This document shows, one piece after another, positions 10,457 to 19,569 of a stretch of DNA of 64,000 bases. Position numbers and translations under genes: made by a program. Source of the stretch: Terriglobia bacterium (GTDB taxonomy: Bacteria > Acidobacteriota > Terriglobia > JAJPHL01 > JAPKYU01); contig CBDCVK010000002.1 in NCBI GenBank assembly GCA_965223005.1, positions 160,001 through 224,000 of the forward strand, in the 5' to 3' direction. The stretch's first letter is position 1; every line of letters starts with the position of its first letter. A model generated the notes under the pieces. That model was not told where the DNA came from, did not search any database, and was given only the letters and a program-made list of their open reading frames with translations.

Positions 10457-10606
10457 GACCTGGCAGGCAACCCGGTCAGCGGAAAGACCACGTCTACCGA
10501 ATCCAACGCACGCGGGGAAATCGTCGCGGTGCTGTTCGACCCGAATAAAGCCCGGCGCAGTGCGCTCTACCCGCCTGCCCTAGTCCGGCTTGCGAAGCCA
10601 GACTAA
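10457..10606 (+). pseudogene. Orphan C-terminal gene fragment (DUF3592-like)
   Basis: Start-less frame DLAGNPVSGKTT...GEIVAVLFDPNKARRSALYPPALVRL; family assignment from memory only. Confidence 0.35.
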
Positions 10607-10686
10607 CCGGCCTGAGCCAACCGCAGAGATTCAGAGGCCCGCTAGAAAACCATCAGGTTGCCGGCCGGCCGAATCTTAGCCGAATC

Positions 10687-11376
10687 TTACTTGTGCAGGC
10701 CGCACTCGGTTTTCTCAGAGCCGGACCAGCGCCCGGCCCGCGGATCCTCCCCTGGGAGCACCTCGCGAGTGCAGTAAGTGCAGCCGATGCTGGGGTAGTT
10801 GCGGTCGTGCATTTCGTTGTACGGGACGTTGTGGAGCCGGATGTGTTCCCAGACTCGCTCCCAGGTCCAGTCCGCCAGGGGGTTGAACTTCACCAAGCCG
10901 AACTTTTCATCCCACTCCACCTTGCGCGTGTTCGCGCGCGTGGGAGCCTGGTCGCGGCGGACGCCGGTAATCCAGGCCGATAGCTTGGAGAGGTGAGCTG
11001 TTAGCGGCTCGACTTTGCGTATGCCGCAGCACTGGTTGGGCTGGCGGGTCCAAAGTGCGTCCCCGAAGCGCGCTGCCTGCTCGGCCGGCGTCAGCGCCGG
11101 GCGACAGGCTTCGATCTTCAGCGGGTATTGCGCGGCGATGCGCTCGCGCACCGTATGGGTCTCGGAAAACAAGAAGTCGGTGTCCAGGTAGAAGACGCGC
11201 GCGCCCGGATGGACCCGCGCCGCCATCTCGGCCAGCACCACATCTTCGGCGCCGAAGCTACAGGCGAGCGACATGCGCTCGTCGAACTGGGAATAGGCAA
11301 ACTCCAGCAGCGCCTCCGGCGGTTCGGTTTCGAACCGCGCCGCCAGTTGGGGAATGTTGTCCAAAGCGATGGTCAT
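10687..11376 (-). CDS. cysH: Adenylyl-sulfate (APS/PAPS) reductase, Fe-S type
   Basis: SFGAED, LDTD, CCGIRKVEPL, YPSIGCTYC, C-terminal ECGLH. Confidence 0.96.
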   Translation of the reverse strand: MTIALDNIPQLAARFETEPPEALLEFAYSQFDERMSLACSFGAEDVVLAEMAARVHPGARVFYLDTDFLFSETHTVRERIAAQYPLKIEACRPALTPAEQAARFGDALWTRQPNQCCGIRKVEPLTAHLSKLSAWITGVRRDQAPTRANTRKVEWDEKFGLVKFNPLADWTWERVWEHIRLHNVPYNEMHDRNYPSIGCTYCTREVLPGEDPRAGRWSGSEKTECGLHK

Positions 11377-11401
11377 CAGTGCTCCTTCCGGTATGCGACT
11401 C

Positions 11402-12217
11402 TCATGCCGCCCATGCCAGGCGCAGGCCCAAGGCCAGGTTCAAGGCTGCAATGCCAGTCTGGTAGTAGACTTCAGGAATCCGCCGGGTGAGCCGAGAGCC
11501 GAACAGCACCCCGGGTATGGAGCCCGCCGCCAGTGGCGCGAGCAAGTACGGATCAATGTTTCCGAGAGCCAGGTGGGCCACCGTACCGAACAGTGTGGCA
11601 ATAAGGCCGTAGAAGGTGGCCGTTCCGACCAACTGGCCCAGCCAGGCGGGCCGCCATAGCAGCAGCGCCAGCATCAACAGGCCGCCGCTGCCAATCGAAG
11701 TCAACGTTACGGCAAAGGAAATGGCGGCGCCCACCAATAAGGCAAACACCCGCATGTCGCGGCCGACAGGTTCTGGCTCCTCGCTGGCCGGCTGCCCGCT
11801 GGCCGGCTGCTCGCTGGGCGGTTCTGGGGTAGCCAGGCTAAAGGGACGCGCGGTCGCGGCCAGCAGCACGAGTGCCAGCATGATCAGCAGCAGGCCAAAT
11901 AGTTGCCGCGCCTGGCCGTTGACCAGCACGACGTCTTGCACGCGGGACAGCAACAGGGCTGCAGCCGCCGTTCCGGGCACGGCGCCGAGGATGAGCCACC
12001 GGCCCAGGCCCAGATGGACGTTCCCCAACCGCCGATGGGACAGGTAACCGGCGAACTTGGTGACGGTAGCCAGCGCCACACTGGTACCTATGGCCGTGCC
12101 GGCAGACACCGGCGTGAACAGCAGGAGCAGCGGAATCACCAGCGAGCCGCTTCCAATAGCACTGGCGCCTACCACCGTTCCACTAACCAGGCCGATCAGG
12201 ACGCCGATGCCGTTCAT
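11402..12217 (-). CDS. TSUP / TauE-SafE family sulfur-compound transporter
   Basis: Two repeats of the G..G.G.G.L motif (GASAIGSGSL, TLTSIGSGGL); ~8 hydrophobic segments; upstream of cysH. Confidence 0.9.
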   Translation of the reverse strand: MNGIGVLIGLVSGTVVGASAIGSGSLVIPLLLLFTPVSAGTAIGTSVALATVTKFAGYLSHRRLGNVHLGLGRWLILGAVPGTAAAALLLSRVQDVVLVNGQARQLFGLLLIMLALVLLAATARPFSLATPEPPSEQPASGQPASEEPEPVGRDMRVFALLVGAAISFAVTLTSIGSGGLLMLALLLWRPAWLGQLVGTATFYGLIATLFGTVAHLALGNIDPYLLAPLAAGSIPGVLFGSRLTRRIPEVYYQTGIAALNLALGLRLAWAA

Positions 12218-12402
12218 GCAGCATCTCCCATCTCATGCCGCTTCCGGATGTGTGAGGCGTCGAACGGACCCTGATAGCGGCCCGCGCCGGGCTGGCTGCG
12301 CCCGGCACTCTGGTGCCGACCGCTGGGCTGGTGCTGACCCCTGGGCTGGTCCTGACCTCTGAACTGTTTTCGATTCGGCACAGCTTCGTTTGCCAACCTC
12401 AT
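12214..12402 (-). CDS. Small Q/G/R-rich hypothetical protein
   Basis: 62 aa with GQDQPR/GQHQPS/GRHQSA repeats; its stop overlaps the TSUP ATG (ATGA). Confidence 0.4.
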   Translation of the reverse strand: MRLANEAVPNRKQFRGQDQPRGQHQPSGRHQSAGRSQPGAGRYQGPFDASHIRKRHEMGDAA

Positions 12403-12463
12403 CCATCCCCGCAGAAGTCCCGCTGGCTTCCGTCCGGGGGGCGTTGCTCTCGACTGGCTTTGG

Positions 12464-12500
12464 AAAGCAAAATGCCCGCCCATGACGTTACCGGGCGGGC
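12464..12500 (-). terminator. Attenuator terminator upstream of TSUP-cysH
   Basis: mRNA GCCCGCCC-11 nt loop-GGGCGGGC followed by AUUUUGCUUU. Confidence 0.75.
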
Positions 12501-12537
12501 TAAAATTAAAGCGAAACCAACTACCCAAAAGGAGGCA

Positions 12538-12603
12538 CTACCCGCCACGGCACATGGGCGGGCTACAACAGCTGCTCAGGAATGAACTAGCTAAATCAAT
12601 CAC
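12538..12603 (-). CDS. Cys-containing leader peptide MIDLASSFLSSCCSPPMCRGG
   Basis: GTG start, 21 codons, tandem TGT TGT plus TGC; overlaps attenuator segments 1 and 2. Confidence 0.7.
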   Translation of the reverse strand: MIDLASSFLSSCCSPPMCRGG

Positions 12604-12612
12604 GACAGGAGT

Positions 12613-12641
12613 AGAGTAGAACAATCGCACGAGGATTGCAA
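12613..12641 (-). promoter_or_regulatory. Sigma70-like promoter of the cys leader
   Basis: TTGCAA, 17 nt, TACTCT; 9 nt before the leader GTG. Confidence 0.6.
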
Positions 12642-12760
12642 GGAGAAAAATTGATCAGTAGGATAAGGTGCCGTTATGGAACAAGCCCGCACAGAATGGT
12701 CTTTACCGGCCCAGGCAGTTCCACTACACTGAGGGGCAAGCGGAGAAAGGCTTCTAATCC

Positions 12761-13195
12761 ATGGAGATCCTGAAAATTGCCGGCGTACCACCAGCTGTGG
12801 TCAGTTTGACGACAACCGTGCTGGAAGCCGTCCAGCTGATGGTCAGCAAACGGGTGGGAGCGGTCGCGGTGGTTCAAGGCGATCGGCTGGCGGGGATTTT
12901 CACCGAACGAGACGTGATGCTGCGGGTTGTGCTGGCTCGACACGATCCAGCGACCACCAAGATGATGGACGTAATGAGCGCCTCAGTGGAGTCGGCCACC
13001 GCGGATACGACGGCTGGAGAAGCCTTGGGGGTGATGATCGAGCGTCACTTTCGCCACCTGCCCATCCTGGATTCCGAGGGCCGGGTTGTGGGCATTCTCT
13101 CCGTCCGCAACTTGCTCCAAAGCCACGTGGAGGACCTGACTCAGCAGCTGGATTCGATGGAGAATTACCTGACCGCCGACGGCCCGGGCGGCTGA
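12761..13195 (+). CDS. CBS-domain pair protein
   Basis: LAGIFTERD and HFRHLPILD...VGILSVRNL CBS motifs. Confidence 0.93.
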   Translation: MEILKIAGVPPAVVSLTTTVLEAVQLMVSKRVGAVAVVQGDRLAGIFTERDVMLRVVLARHDPATTKMMDVMSASVESATADTTAGEALGVMIERHFRHLPILDSEGRVVGILSVRNLLQSHVEDLTQQLDSMENYLTADGPGG

Positions 13196-13237
13196 ATCTC
13201 GGTCAAATGTTCTTAGGTGGTTCTCTCCTCTCGGAAA

Positions 13238-13831
13238 CTAGCGGGTAGCCGCAGGTAGCGGGCTTGGGCGCTTGCGCACTCTGCGGGCGGTCAGCAGAGC
13301 GTACTGCAAGCTGCTTCCCACAACCAGTAGGGGTGTCAGCAGTAAGAGGATTCTGCGCCCCTGGTGCAACCACGCTGAGCCGTAGACCGCCTCCAGCAGC
13401 ACAGCAAAGACCGCGGCTATCTGCACGGCCGTGTTGGCTTTGCCGAGCGCCGTGGGAGGGAACCGGCGAATCTCGGTGGTCAGCAACAGCAGCACCACTA
13501 CCACGGTAATGGTAGCGTCGCGAGCCAGCACCAGCCCGGACACCAGCCAGGGCACCCGCCCGTTCCAGGCCAGAACCAGAAAGCAGGAGCTGAGCAACAG
13601 TTTGTCGGCCACCGGGTCCAGGTACATGCCCACCTGAGTCTTCTGCCGGAGCCGGCGGGCCAGCAGGCCGTCCAGGCTATCGGTAAGGGCCGCAACCAGA
13701 AGCAACCGCAGAGCCCAGTTGAGGTTGTCCTTGAGCAGGAAAAAGAGAATCAGCGGAAGAATGGTCAGCCGAAACAGGGTGAGCGAGTTCGGCAGGTTGA
13801 GAACTTTGCGAGGACGCCCTGCTGGTGTCAA
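13238..13831 (-). CDS. CDP-alcohol phosphatidyltransferase (PgsA-like)
   Basis: NLPNSLTLFR; DSLDGLLAR...G.YLDPVADK motif. Confidence 0.93.
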   Translation of the reverse strand: MTPAGRPRKVLNLPNSLTLFRLTILPLILFFLLKDNLNWALRLLLVAALTDSLDGLLARRLRQKTQVGMYLDPVADKLLLSSCFLVLAWNGRVPWLVSGLVLARDATITVVVVLLLLTTEIRRFPPTALGKANTAVQIAAVFAVLLEAVYGSAWLHQGRRILLLLTPLLVVGSSLQYALLTARRVRKRPSPLPAATR

Positions 13832-14142
13832 AGGTCCCCTCCAGCGCGCAGAAATTCCCCGACCGTAAGGCCAATCTTTCTCTCAAACCGTTCCGCCAGG
13901 GAGGGAATTTCCCCTACCGTCTCGTCCATCGCCACCCGCTCGACACGATGAAGGGGGTAGAAGATGGTGGAGAGCAAGCCGACGCCGGCCTCGCCAGCGA
14001 CGACTTGGCGTAACACCTCCTCGAACGCATTCAGGTCAATTCCTCGCACAGTAATACCAGCGGGCGTCAGCGCCACCAGTTCGCCCCAGATTTTTTCCTT
14101 TGGGCTATGCAACGTCAGGACCACAACCGAGCGGATCTCCAT
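13828..14142 (-). CDS. Conserved-looking hypothetical protein
   Basis: MEIRSVVVLTLHSPKEKIWG...FYPLHRVER; GAGG RBS; stop overlaps the pgsA-like start. Confidence 0.75.
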   Translation of the reverse strand: MEIRSVVVLTLHSPKEKIWGELVALTPAGITVRGIDLNAFEEVLRQVVAGEAGVGLLSTIFYPLHRVERVAMDETVGEIPSLAERFERKIGLTVGEFLRAGGDL

Positions 14143-14270
14143 GCTAGCCTCTTTGACCCCGTGAGGCCGGGCACTGTTCCAAATCTCGGACCGCCGCCTC
14201 AGTCGGGCCTGGCCCGCTGCTGGATTCACTTCTCATACCGCTCTCTCTGCCTTCCGGCTACTGTCTCCTG

Positions 14271-15167
14271 TCAGGGAGGGGACTCCGGTTCCAGCAAGTT
14301 CCTCAATCGTTCCCGCAGCTGCTGCCCGGCTTCGAATTCGGGTTGAAGGGCGCGGGAGCGTAGATTATCCCGCAAGTGCTCTAGTTTTTGGAGCATGGCG
14401 TTGAGTGCCTGCTCAACGTTGTCGGTGTTGGTGAGACAAATGTCGCGCCACACCGAGTACGGGCTTTCGGCCAGCCGAATCGTGTCCCGCAGGCCTCCGC
14501 CGGCTAGCTCCAGGCCGCCGGCGGCATGCGGGAGGTCGTCTGCTACCAGCCTCTCGAGAACGGTGGAGGCCAGCGCCGTGGCCACAAGCTGTGGCAGGTG
14601 GCTGGTCCAGGCCACCACCTCATCGTGCAGTTCGGCGTCCATCACCATCACATGCGCGCCGAAGCGGTCCAGCCAGCCCCGAAACTCGTGCGCGACGGGT
14701 GTTTCCAGATGCTCGCGGAGCAGGGGAGTGAGAATGTAGGAGGCGCCGCGGAACAGGTCCGCCTCGGCGTTTTCCACTCCCCGTTTCTCGCTGCCGGCCA
14801 TGGGGTGTCCGCCGATGAACAACGGGCTTTGCGGGCTGTCGCAAAAAAGCAGGGTGGCGCGGTCCGTGATCTGGGTCTTGGTGCTTCCTGCGTCCGTCAC
14901 CAGGGCTCCTGGCGCCGCAGCCTGGCGCACGCGCGGCAGCAGGTCCAGGATGGTTGAGATCGGGGTCGCCAAGTACACTAGGTCAGCGCCTCGGACCCCG
15001 GCTTCCAGGCTCTCGTACGCCTGGTCAATGACGCCAGCTGCCAGTGCCTTCTCCAACGTGACGCGCCGTCCCACTCCGGCGATGACCCCCTGGAACCCAT
15101 GCTTCTTCAGAGCCAGTCCCAGGGAACCGCCGATCAGGCCAACGCCGAGAATGGTGACGCGCTTCAT
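14271..15167 (-). CDS. tyrA: Prephenate dehydrogenase
   Basis: GVGLIGGS, TDAGSTK, GGHPMAGSE, HDEVVAWTSHLPQ. Confidence 0.94.
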   Translation of the reverse strand: MKRVTILGVGLIGGSLGLALKKHGFQGVIAGVGRRVTLEKALAAGVIDQAYESLEAGVRGADLVYLATPISTILDLLPRVRQAAAPGALVTDAGSTKTQITDRATLLFCDSPQSPLFIGGHPMAGSEKRGVENAEADLFRGASYILTPLLREHLETPVAHEFRGWLDRFGAHVMVMDAELHDEVVAWTSHLPQLVATALASTVLERLVADDLPHAAGGLELAGGGLRDTIRLAESPYSVWRDICLTNTDNVEQALNAMLQKLEHLRDNLRSRALQPEFEAGQQLRERLRNLLEPESPP

Positions 15168-15226
15168 CGCTTCCGCTTGTGGTTCCTCAGAACTACCGGC
15201 CCGGGGACAGGCAGGGATGTCTGTCT

Positions 15227-15574
15227 CTACCTGGCCTTTTTCTTCTTTTTTCCTTCCCGCCGGTTCGGATTGGGCCGGCGGCCCACTTCCGACTGTTGTG
15301 TCCCGTGCGTTTCCATGGGCCGACGCTGAATGGAGCGACCCTCATCAAGAATGCGCTCGAACACGCGGCGCAAGGCTGCCTGATCCAAAGGGCCGCCATT
15401 GGCCGAGGCCACATTACGGAAAACCTCTTCCTCCCGTTGCGGCTCGTAAATGGGCAGGCCCAGGGCTTTCTTCAGCCTGGCGATTTCCAGCACGTAGCGC
15501 GCACGGCGGTTCAACAGCGCCACCAGCTCTCGGTCCACCTCGTCAATTCTTGTGCGCCAGTCGCTGAGATCCAT
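15227..15574 (-). CDS. Chorismate mutase (AroQ type)
   Basis: LSDWRTRIDEVDRELVALLNRR...IYEPQREEEV. Confidence 0.92.
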   Translation of the reverse strand: MDLSDWRTRIDEVDRELVALLNRRARYVLEIARLKKALGLPIYEPQREEEVFRNVASANGGPLDQAALRRVFERILDEGRSIQRRPMETHGTQQSEVGRRPNPNRREGKKKKKAR

Positions 15575-15615
15575 GCTGCTCCAGGTGCGGGGCGGCTAAA
15601 GCCCCCAGACGATTC

Positions 15616-16464
15616 TCACTGTTTCGGTGGCACGGGCACAAGTTTCTCTCCCACCCGTTCTTTCTTCAATTCGTTGGGCTTCGACTCGCGCGGCTTCAAC
15701 TCGCGGGCGCGCTCAGCCAGCCGTTCTGCCGACCGGTGCTGCTCGATCACCTGCACCAGCGTGCTGCCCACCACCACCGCATCGGCGTGGCCGCGCAGCG
15801 CTTCAACGTGCTCCGGCTGCGAAATTCCAAAGCCCGCAGCCACGGGCAACGCGGTCGCGGCGCGAATGCGGCCCAGCAGCGGCAGCAACTGCCCGGAAAG
15901 CGCCTCGCGCGGTCCGGTAACGCCCGTGCGGGAGACTGCGTAGACGAAGCCCCTCGAGACCTGGCAGATGCGGCGCAGACGCGCCCCGGTGGAGGTGGGC
16001 GCTGCCAGAAAGACGGTGTCCAGCTCCGCCTCTCGCATCTGGTCCAGGTAGGCGTCGGCTTCCTCCACGCTGAGGTCGGTGATCAACACGCCGTCCGCCC
16101 CTGCCTGCCGGGCTTCGCTGGCGAAACGGGCAAAACCGTAGCGAAGGATCGGATTCAGGTAGCTGAACAGAAGCAGCGGCAACTGGCTGCTGCGCTGCCG
16201 CGCCTCGGCCACGGTCCGGAGGACCCCGCCCAGCGTGGTTCCCGAGCGCAGCGCTCGCTCGCTGGCCCGCTGGATCACCGGGCCGTCGGCCAGCGGGTCA
16301 GAGAAGGGCACGCCCAGCTCTAGTACATCCACGCCGGCTGCCTCCAGCGCCACGATGAATTCTGCGGTGGCTCGAAGGTCTGGGTCCCCTGCGGTGATAT
16401 AAGCCACGAGGCCCATCTCTCCCCGCTTGCGCAATGCCACAAACCTGTCTGCGATCCGGCTCAT
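15616..16464 (-). CDS. trpA: Tryptophan synthase alpha subunit
   Basis: [32 protein letters not shown]. Confidence 0.98.
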   Translation of the reverse strand: MSRIADRFVALRKRGEMGLVAYITAGDPDLRATAEFIVALEAAGVDVLELGVPFSDPLADGPVIQRASERALRSGTTLGGVLRTVAEARQRSSQLPLLLFSYLNPILRYGFARFASEARQAGADGVLITDLSVEEADAYLDQMREAELDTVFLAAPTSTGARLRRICQVSRGFVYAVSRTGVTGPREALSGQLLPLLGRIRAATALPVAAGFGISQPEHVEALRGHADAVVVGSTLVQVIEQHRSAERLAERARELKPRESKPNELKKERVGEKLVPVPPKQ

Positions 16465-17687
16465 AGCCGCAGCTCGCGCTGCAGGATTTCCATGTCTTTG
16501 TCGCCGCGGCCCGAGATATTCACCAGCAACACCTGGTCACGCGCGCCGGGAGCGCGGCGGATAGTTTCGGCTACGGCATGCGCCGACTCCAAGGCCGGGA
16601 TGATCCCTTCGAGCTGTGACAACGTGCGGCACGCCTCTAGCGCCTCGGCGTCGGAACAGGAGCAATACTCGGCCCGTCCTTGCTCGAACAGCCAGGCGTG
16701 CTCAGGGCCCACGGCGGGATAATCCAGTCCGGCCGAGACCGAGTGCGTGGAGGCGATCTGCCCATCGTCGTCCTGGAGCAAGTAACTGTAGGTTCCATGC
16801 AGCACGCCGGGACTGCCGCCGTGGAAGCGGGCCGCGTGCTCGCCCAGTTCCGGGCTGCGCCCGCCAGCTTCCACGCCCACCATTTTGACCGCGGGGTCGT
16901 CCACGAATTCGTGGAACAGGCCCAGTGCATTGCTGCCGCCGCCCACGCAGGCCAGCAGCAGGTCGGGAAGGCGGCCCTCGGCTTCCAGAATTTGCGCCCG
17001 CGCCTCACGGCCGATGATGCTCTGGAAGTCGCGCACCATGAGCGGGTAGGGGTACGCGCCCAGGACCGAACCTAGCAGGTAGTAGGTCGTCTCCACGTTG
17101 GTGACCCAATCGCGCATGGCTTCGTTGATGGCGTCTTTCAAGGTCCGGCTGCCGGAGCCAACCGGTACGACTTCGGCGCCCAGCAGACGCATGCGAAAGA
17201 CGTTGAGCCGCTGCCGCGCCATGTCCTCCTCCCCCATGTAGACGACACACTCCATGCCGAACAAGGCGCAGACGGTGGCCGTGGCCACCCCGTGCTGTCC
17301 GGCGCCGGTTTCCGCGATGATGCGTCGCTTGCCCATTCTCCGCGCCAGCAGCGCCTGTCCCAGGCAGTTGTTGATCTTGTGGGCGCCCGTGTGCAGCAGG
17401 TCTTCGCGCTTCAGGTAGATGCGAGCGCCGCCCTGATGTTCTCCCAGGCGGCGTGCCAAGAATAGCGGGGTGGGTCGGCCGGCATACAAGCGCAGTAGTC
17501 CTTCAAGCTCCCTCTGGAAGGACGGGTCTTGCTGCGCCTCGAGGTAAGCCTGCTCCAGCTCCTCCAGGGGCGCCATCAACGTTTCCGGGACGTAGCGGCC
17601 CCCGAAGGCGCCGAACCGTCCTCCTGCGAGGCCTCTCGCGGAGCCGCTCGCCTGGCTGCGTGCCCGGCTTTTTGCCTGTTTCGGCAT
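16461..17687 (-). CDS. trpB: Tryptophan synthase beta subunit
   Basis: [38 protein letters not shown]. Confidence 0.98.
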   Translation of the reverse strand: MPKQAKSRARSQASGSARGLAGGRFGAFGGRYVPETLMAPLEELEQAYLEAQQDPSFQRELEGLLRLYAGRPTPLFLARRLGEHQGGARIYLKREDLLHTGAHKINNCLGQALLARRMGKRRIIAETGAGQHGVATATVCALFGMECVVYMGEEDMARQRLNVFRMRLLGAEVVPVGSGSRTLKDAINEAMRDWVTNVETTYYLLGSVLGAYPYPLMVRDFQSIIGREARAQILEAEGRLPDLLLACVGGGSNALGLFHEFVDDPAVKMVGVEAGGRSPELGEHAARFHGGSPGVLHGTYSYLLQDDDGQIASTHSVSAGLDYPAVGPEHAWLFEQGRAEYCSCSDAEALEACRTLSQLEGIIPALESAHAVAETIRRAPGARDQVLLVNISGRGDKDMEILQRELRL

Positions 17688-17748
17688 AGTTTCTCAGCTG
17701 CCCAAATTCACGACTTGTAATTCTCTAACTTCACGAACGGGACGCAGG

Positions 17749-18399
17749 CTAAGACGCCTGTCCCACCTGTGCCTTTTCCTCCTCCCGAACAGCCCGGATG
17801 AATTCTCGCACCCGATGGGGGTCCTTCTTACCGGGTTCCCGTTCGACGCCGCTGGCCACGTCTACTCCCCAGGGGGCCACTTGCCGCACGGCCTCCCCAA
17901 CATTTTCCGGTGTCAGGCCTCCGGCCAAGATGACGCGTCCGAACTGCTTGGCCGCCAGGGCGCGCTTCCAGTCGAAGGCGGTTCCGGTGCCGCCGGGCGA
18001 GTTTCCCGCGCCGTCCAGCAAGAAAGCATCGGCGCGGTAGCGGGCCAGCAACTCAGGCGCGAAGCTGTGGTCCACGCGGAACGCCTTCACCTTCAAGTAG
18101 GTCCCCAGCGCTTCCAGGTATTCGGGGCTTTCCGATCCGTGCAACTGCACCGCCGACAGCCCTGCCTTTTGAGCGATCTCCAGCACCCGGGCGGGTTCCT
18201 CATCCACAAATACGCCTACTCTCCAGATCTGCGGCCAGATCTGCGGCGGCAGTGCAGAAATAATTTCTGCGGCCTGCTCAGGCGAGACGTAGCGCCGCCC
18301 GGGCCGCCAGAAATTAAACCCCAGGGCGTTGGCTCCGGCCTCCACGGCGACACGGGCGCTGGCTAGGTCAGTGATGCCGCAGATTTTGACGTGAACCAT
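17749..18399 (-). CDS. trpF: Phosphoribosylanthranilate isomerase
   Basis: VKICGIT, VQLHGSE, GGTG.AFDW, LAGGL, DVASGVE. Confidence 0.96.
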   Translation of the reverse strand: MVHVKICGITDLASARVAVEAGANALGFNFWRPGRRYVSPEQAAEIISALPPQIWPQIWRVGVFVDEEPARVLEIAQKAGLSAVQLHGSESPEYLEALGTYLKVKAFRVDHSFAPELLARYRADAFLLDGAGNSPGGTGTAFDWKRALAAKQFGRVILAGGLTPENVGEAVRQVAPWGVDVASGVEREPGKKDPHRVREFIRAVREEEKAQVGQAS

Positions 18400-18404
18400 A
18401 CCTT

Positions 18405-18505
18405 TAAGTCTAAGGGCCAAAGTCCAAGGCCCAAAGTCCAAAGTGCGAAGTCTCCCTCAAAGGGTCCGCCTTCCCCGTAGACCTTGCACTTGAGACCTCG
18501 GACTA
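18405..18505. repeat. Degenerate 7-bp tandem repeats in two inverted blocks
   Basis: aagtcta-agggcca-aagtcca-aggccca-aagtcca-aagtgcg-aagtc, then agacctt-gcacttg-agacctc-ggact. Confidence 0.55.
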
Positions 18506-19309
18506 AAGCAGCGCGCGAAGCGCGGCACCCGGCTCGGGGGCGGTCAGCAGCCGCTCTCCGATCAAGAAGGCTCGGTAGCCGGCAGCTTCCAGGCGGTTCA
18601 GATCCTCCCGCGACCGCAGGCCGCTCTCGCTTACGGAGATCGCATCAGCGGGCAGCCGGGGTCGCAGGCGCAGCGAAGTCTCCACGTCCACGGCCAGGGT
18701 GGAGAGGTTGCGGTTGTTCACCCCGATGAGCTTTGCGCCAAGCGTGGCCGCCCTGTCCGCTTCTTCTTCCGTGTGGACTTCCACCAACGCGTCCAACCCA
18801 AGTTCGGTCGCGCCGTGCAGCAGTTCATGCAGTGCGCCGGCATCCAGAACAGCCACAATCAGCAGCACCGCATCGGCGCCGGCTGCGGCGGATTCAACCA
18901 CCTGATAGGGATCCACCAGGAAGTCTTTGCGGAGCACGGGCAGGCCGGTGGCTTGGCGGGCTTCCTGTAGGTGGTTTATCGAGCCCCTGAAAAAGGGGCC
19001 GTCAGTCAACACCGACAAGGCCCGGGCCCCGGCGGCTTCGTAGGCGCGCGCAATCTCAGCCGGACGGTAATCCGGCTGAAGCAGGCCGCCGGACGGCGAG
19101 GCCTGCTTCATTTCAGCAATGATGGCGCGTCCGCCGCGCACCAGTGGCGAGGCGAACGGCCGCCGGGTTGCGGCAGCCAGCTGCGCTTGCCGCTCCAGCT
19201 CCGCTTCCGAAACCCGGGCGCGGCGCTCAGCCACTTCGGCACGTTTTGCCGCCACAATCTCGGCCAACAAGTGAGCCCCGGAACCATAGTTGGTTGCTAC
19301 GGTGTGCAT
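18503..19309 (-). CDS. trpC: Indole-3-glycerol phosphate synthase
   Basis: IIAEMKQASPS, LSVLTD, LRKDFLVDPYQ, IGVNNRNL, SESG. Confidence 0.96.
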   Translation of the reverse strand: MHTVATNYGSGAHLLAEIVAAKRAEVAERRARVSEAELERQAQLAAATRRPFASPLVRGGRAIIAEMKQASPSGGLLQPDYRPAEIARAYEAAGARALSVLTDGPFFRGSINHLQEARQATGLPVLRKDFLVDPYQVVESAAAGADAVLLIVAVLDAGALHELLHGATELGLDALVEVHTEEEADRAATLGAKLIGVNNRNLSTLAVDVETSLRLRPRLPADAISVSESGLRSREDLNRLEAAGYRAFLIGERLLTAPEPGAALRALL

Positions 19310-19569
19310 TTTCCTTGTGAAGTTGCTCGATGAGTCCGCGGCGTTAGAGAAACTGTCTCGCTGCATCAAGAGGCAGTAAAAACACCGGCGCCAACGCCGC
19401 GAATCAGGCCCCCGACCACGTCCCCAAGCCAGTATATCACCCGAATTTCTGCTGATGCCGTCTTGGTCTGGGACCGGCACTTTGCCGGCGGATCACACTG
19501 CATGCACGAATCGAAAGTGAGCCACGTCCCAGAAGTTGTCTTGCAGGGGTTTTTGCGCAGAACGGAACT

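Noticed and set aside
19405-19430. Trp leader peptide (TTG GGG ACG TGG TCG GGG GCC TGA)
   Set aside because: Single Trp codon, start only 3 nt after the -10 box, and no terminator U-tract
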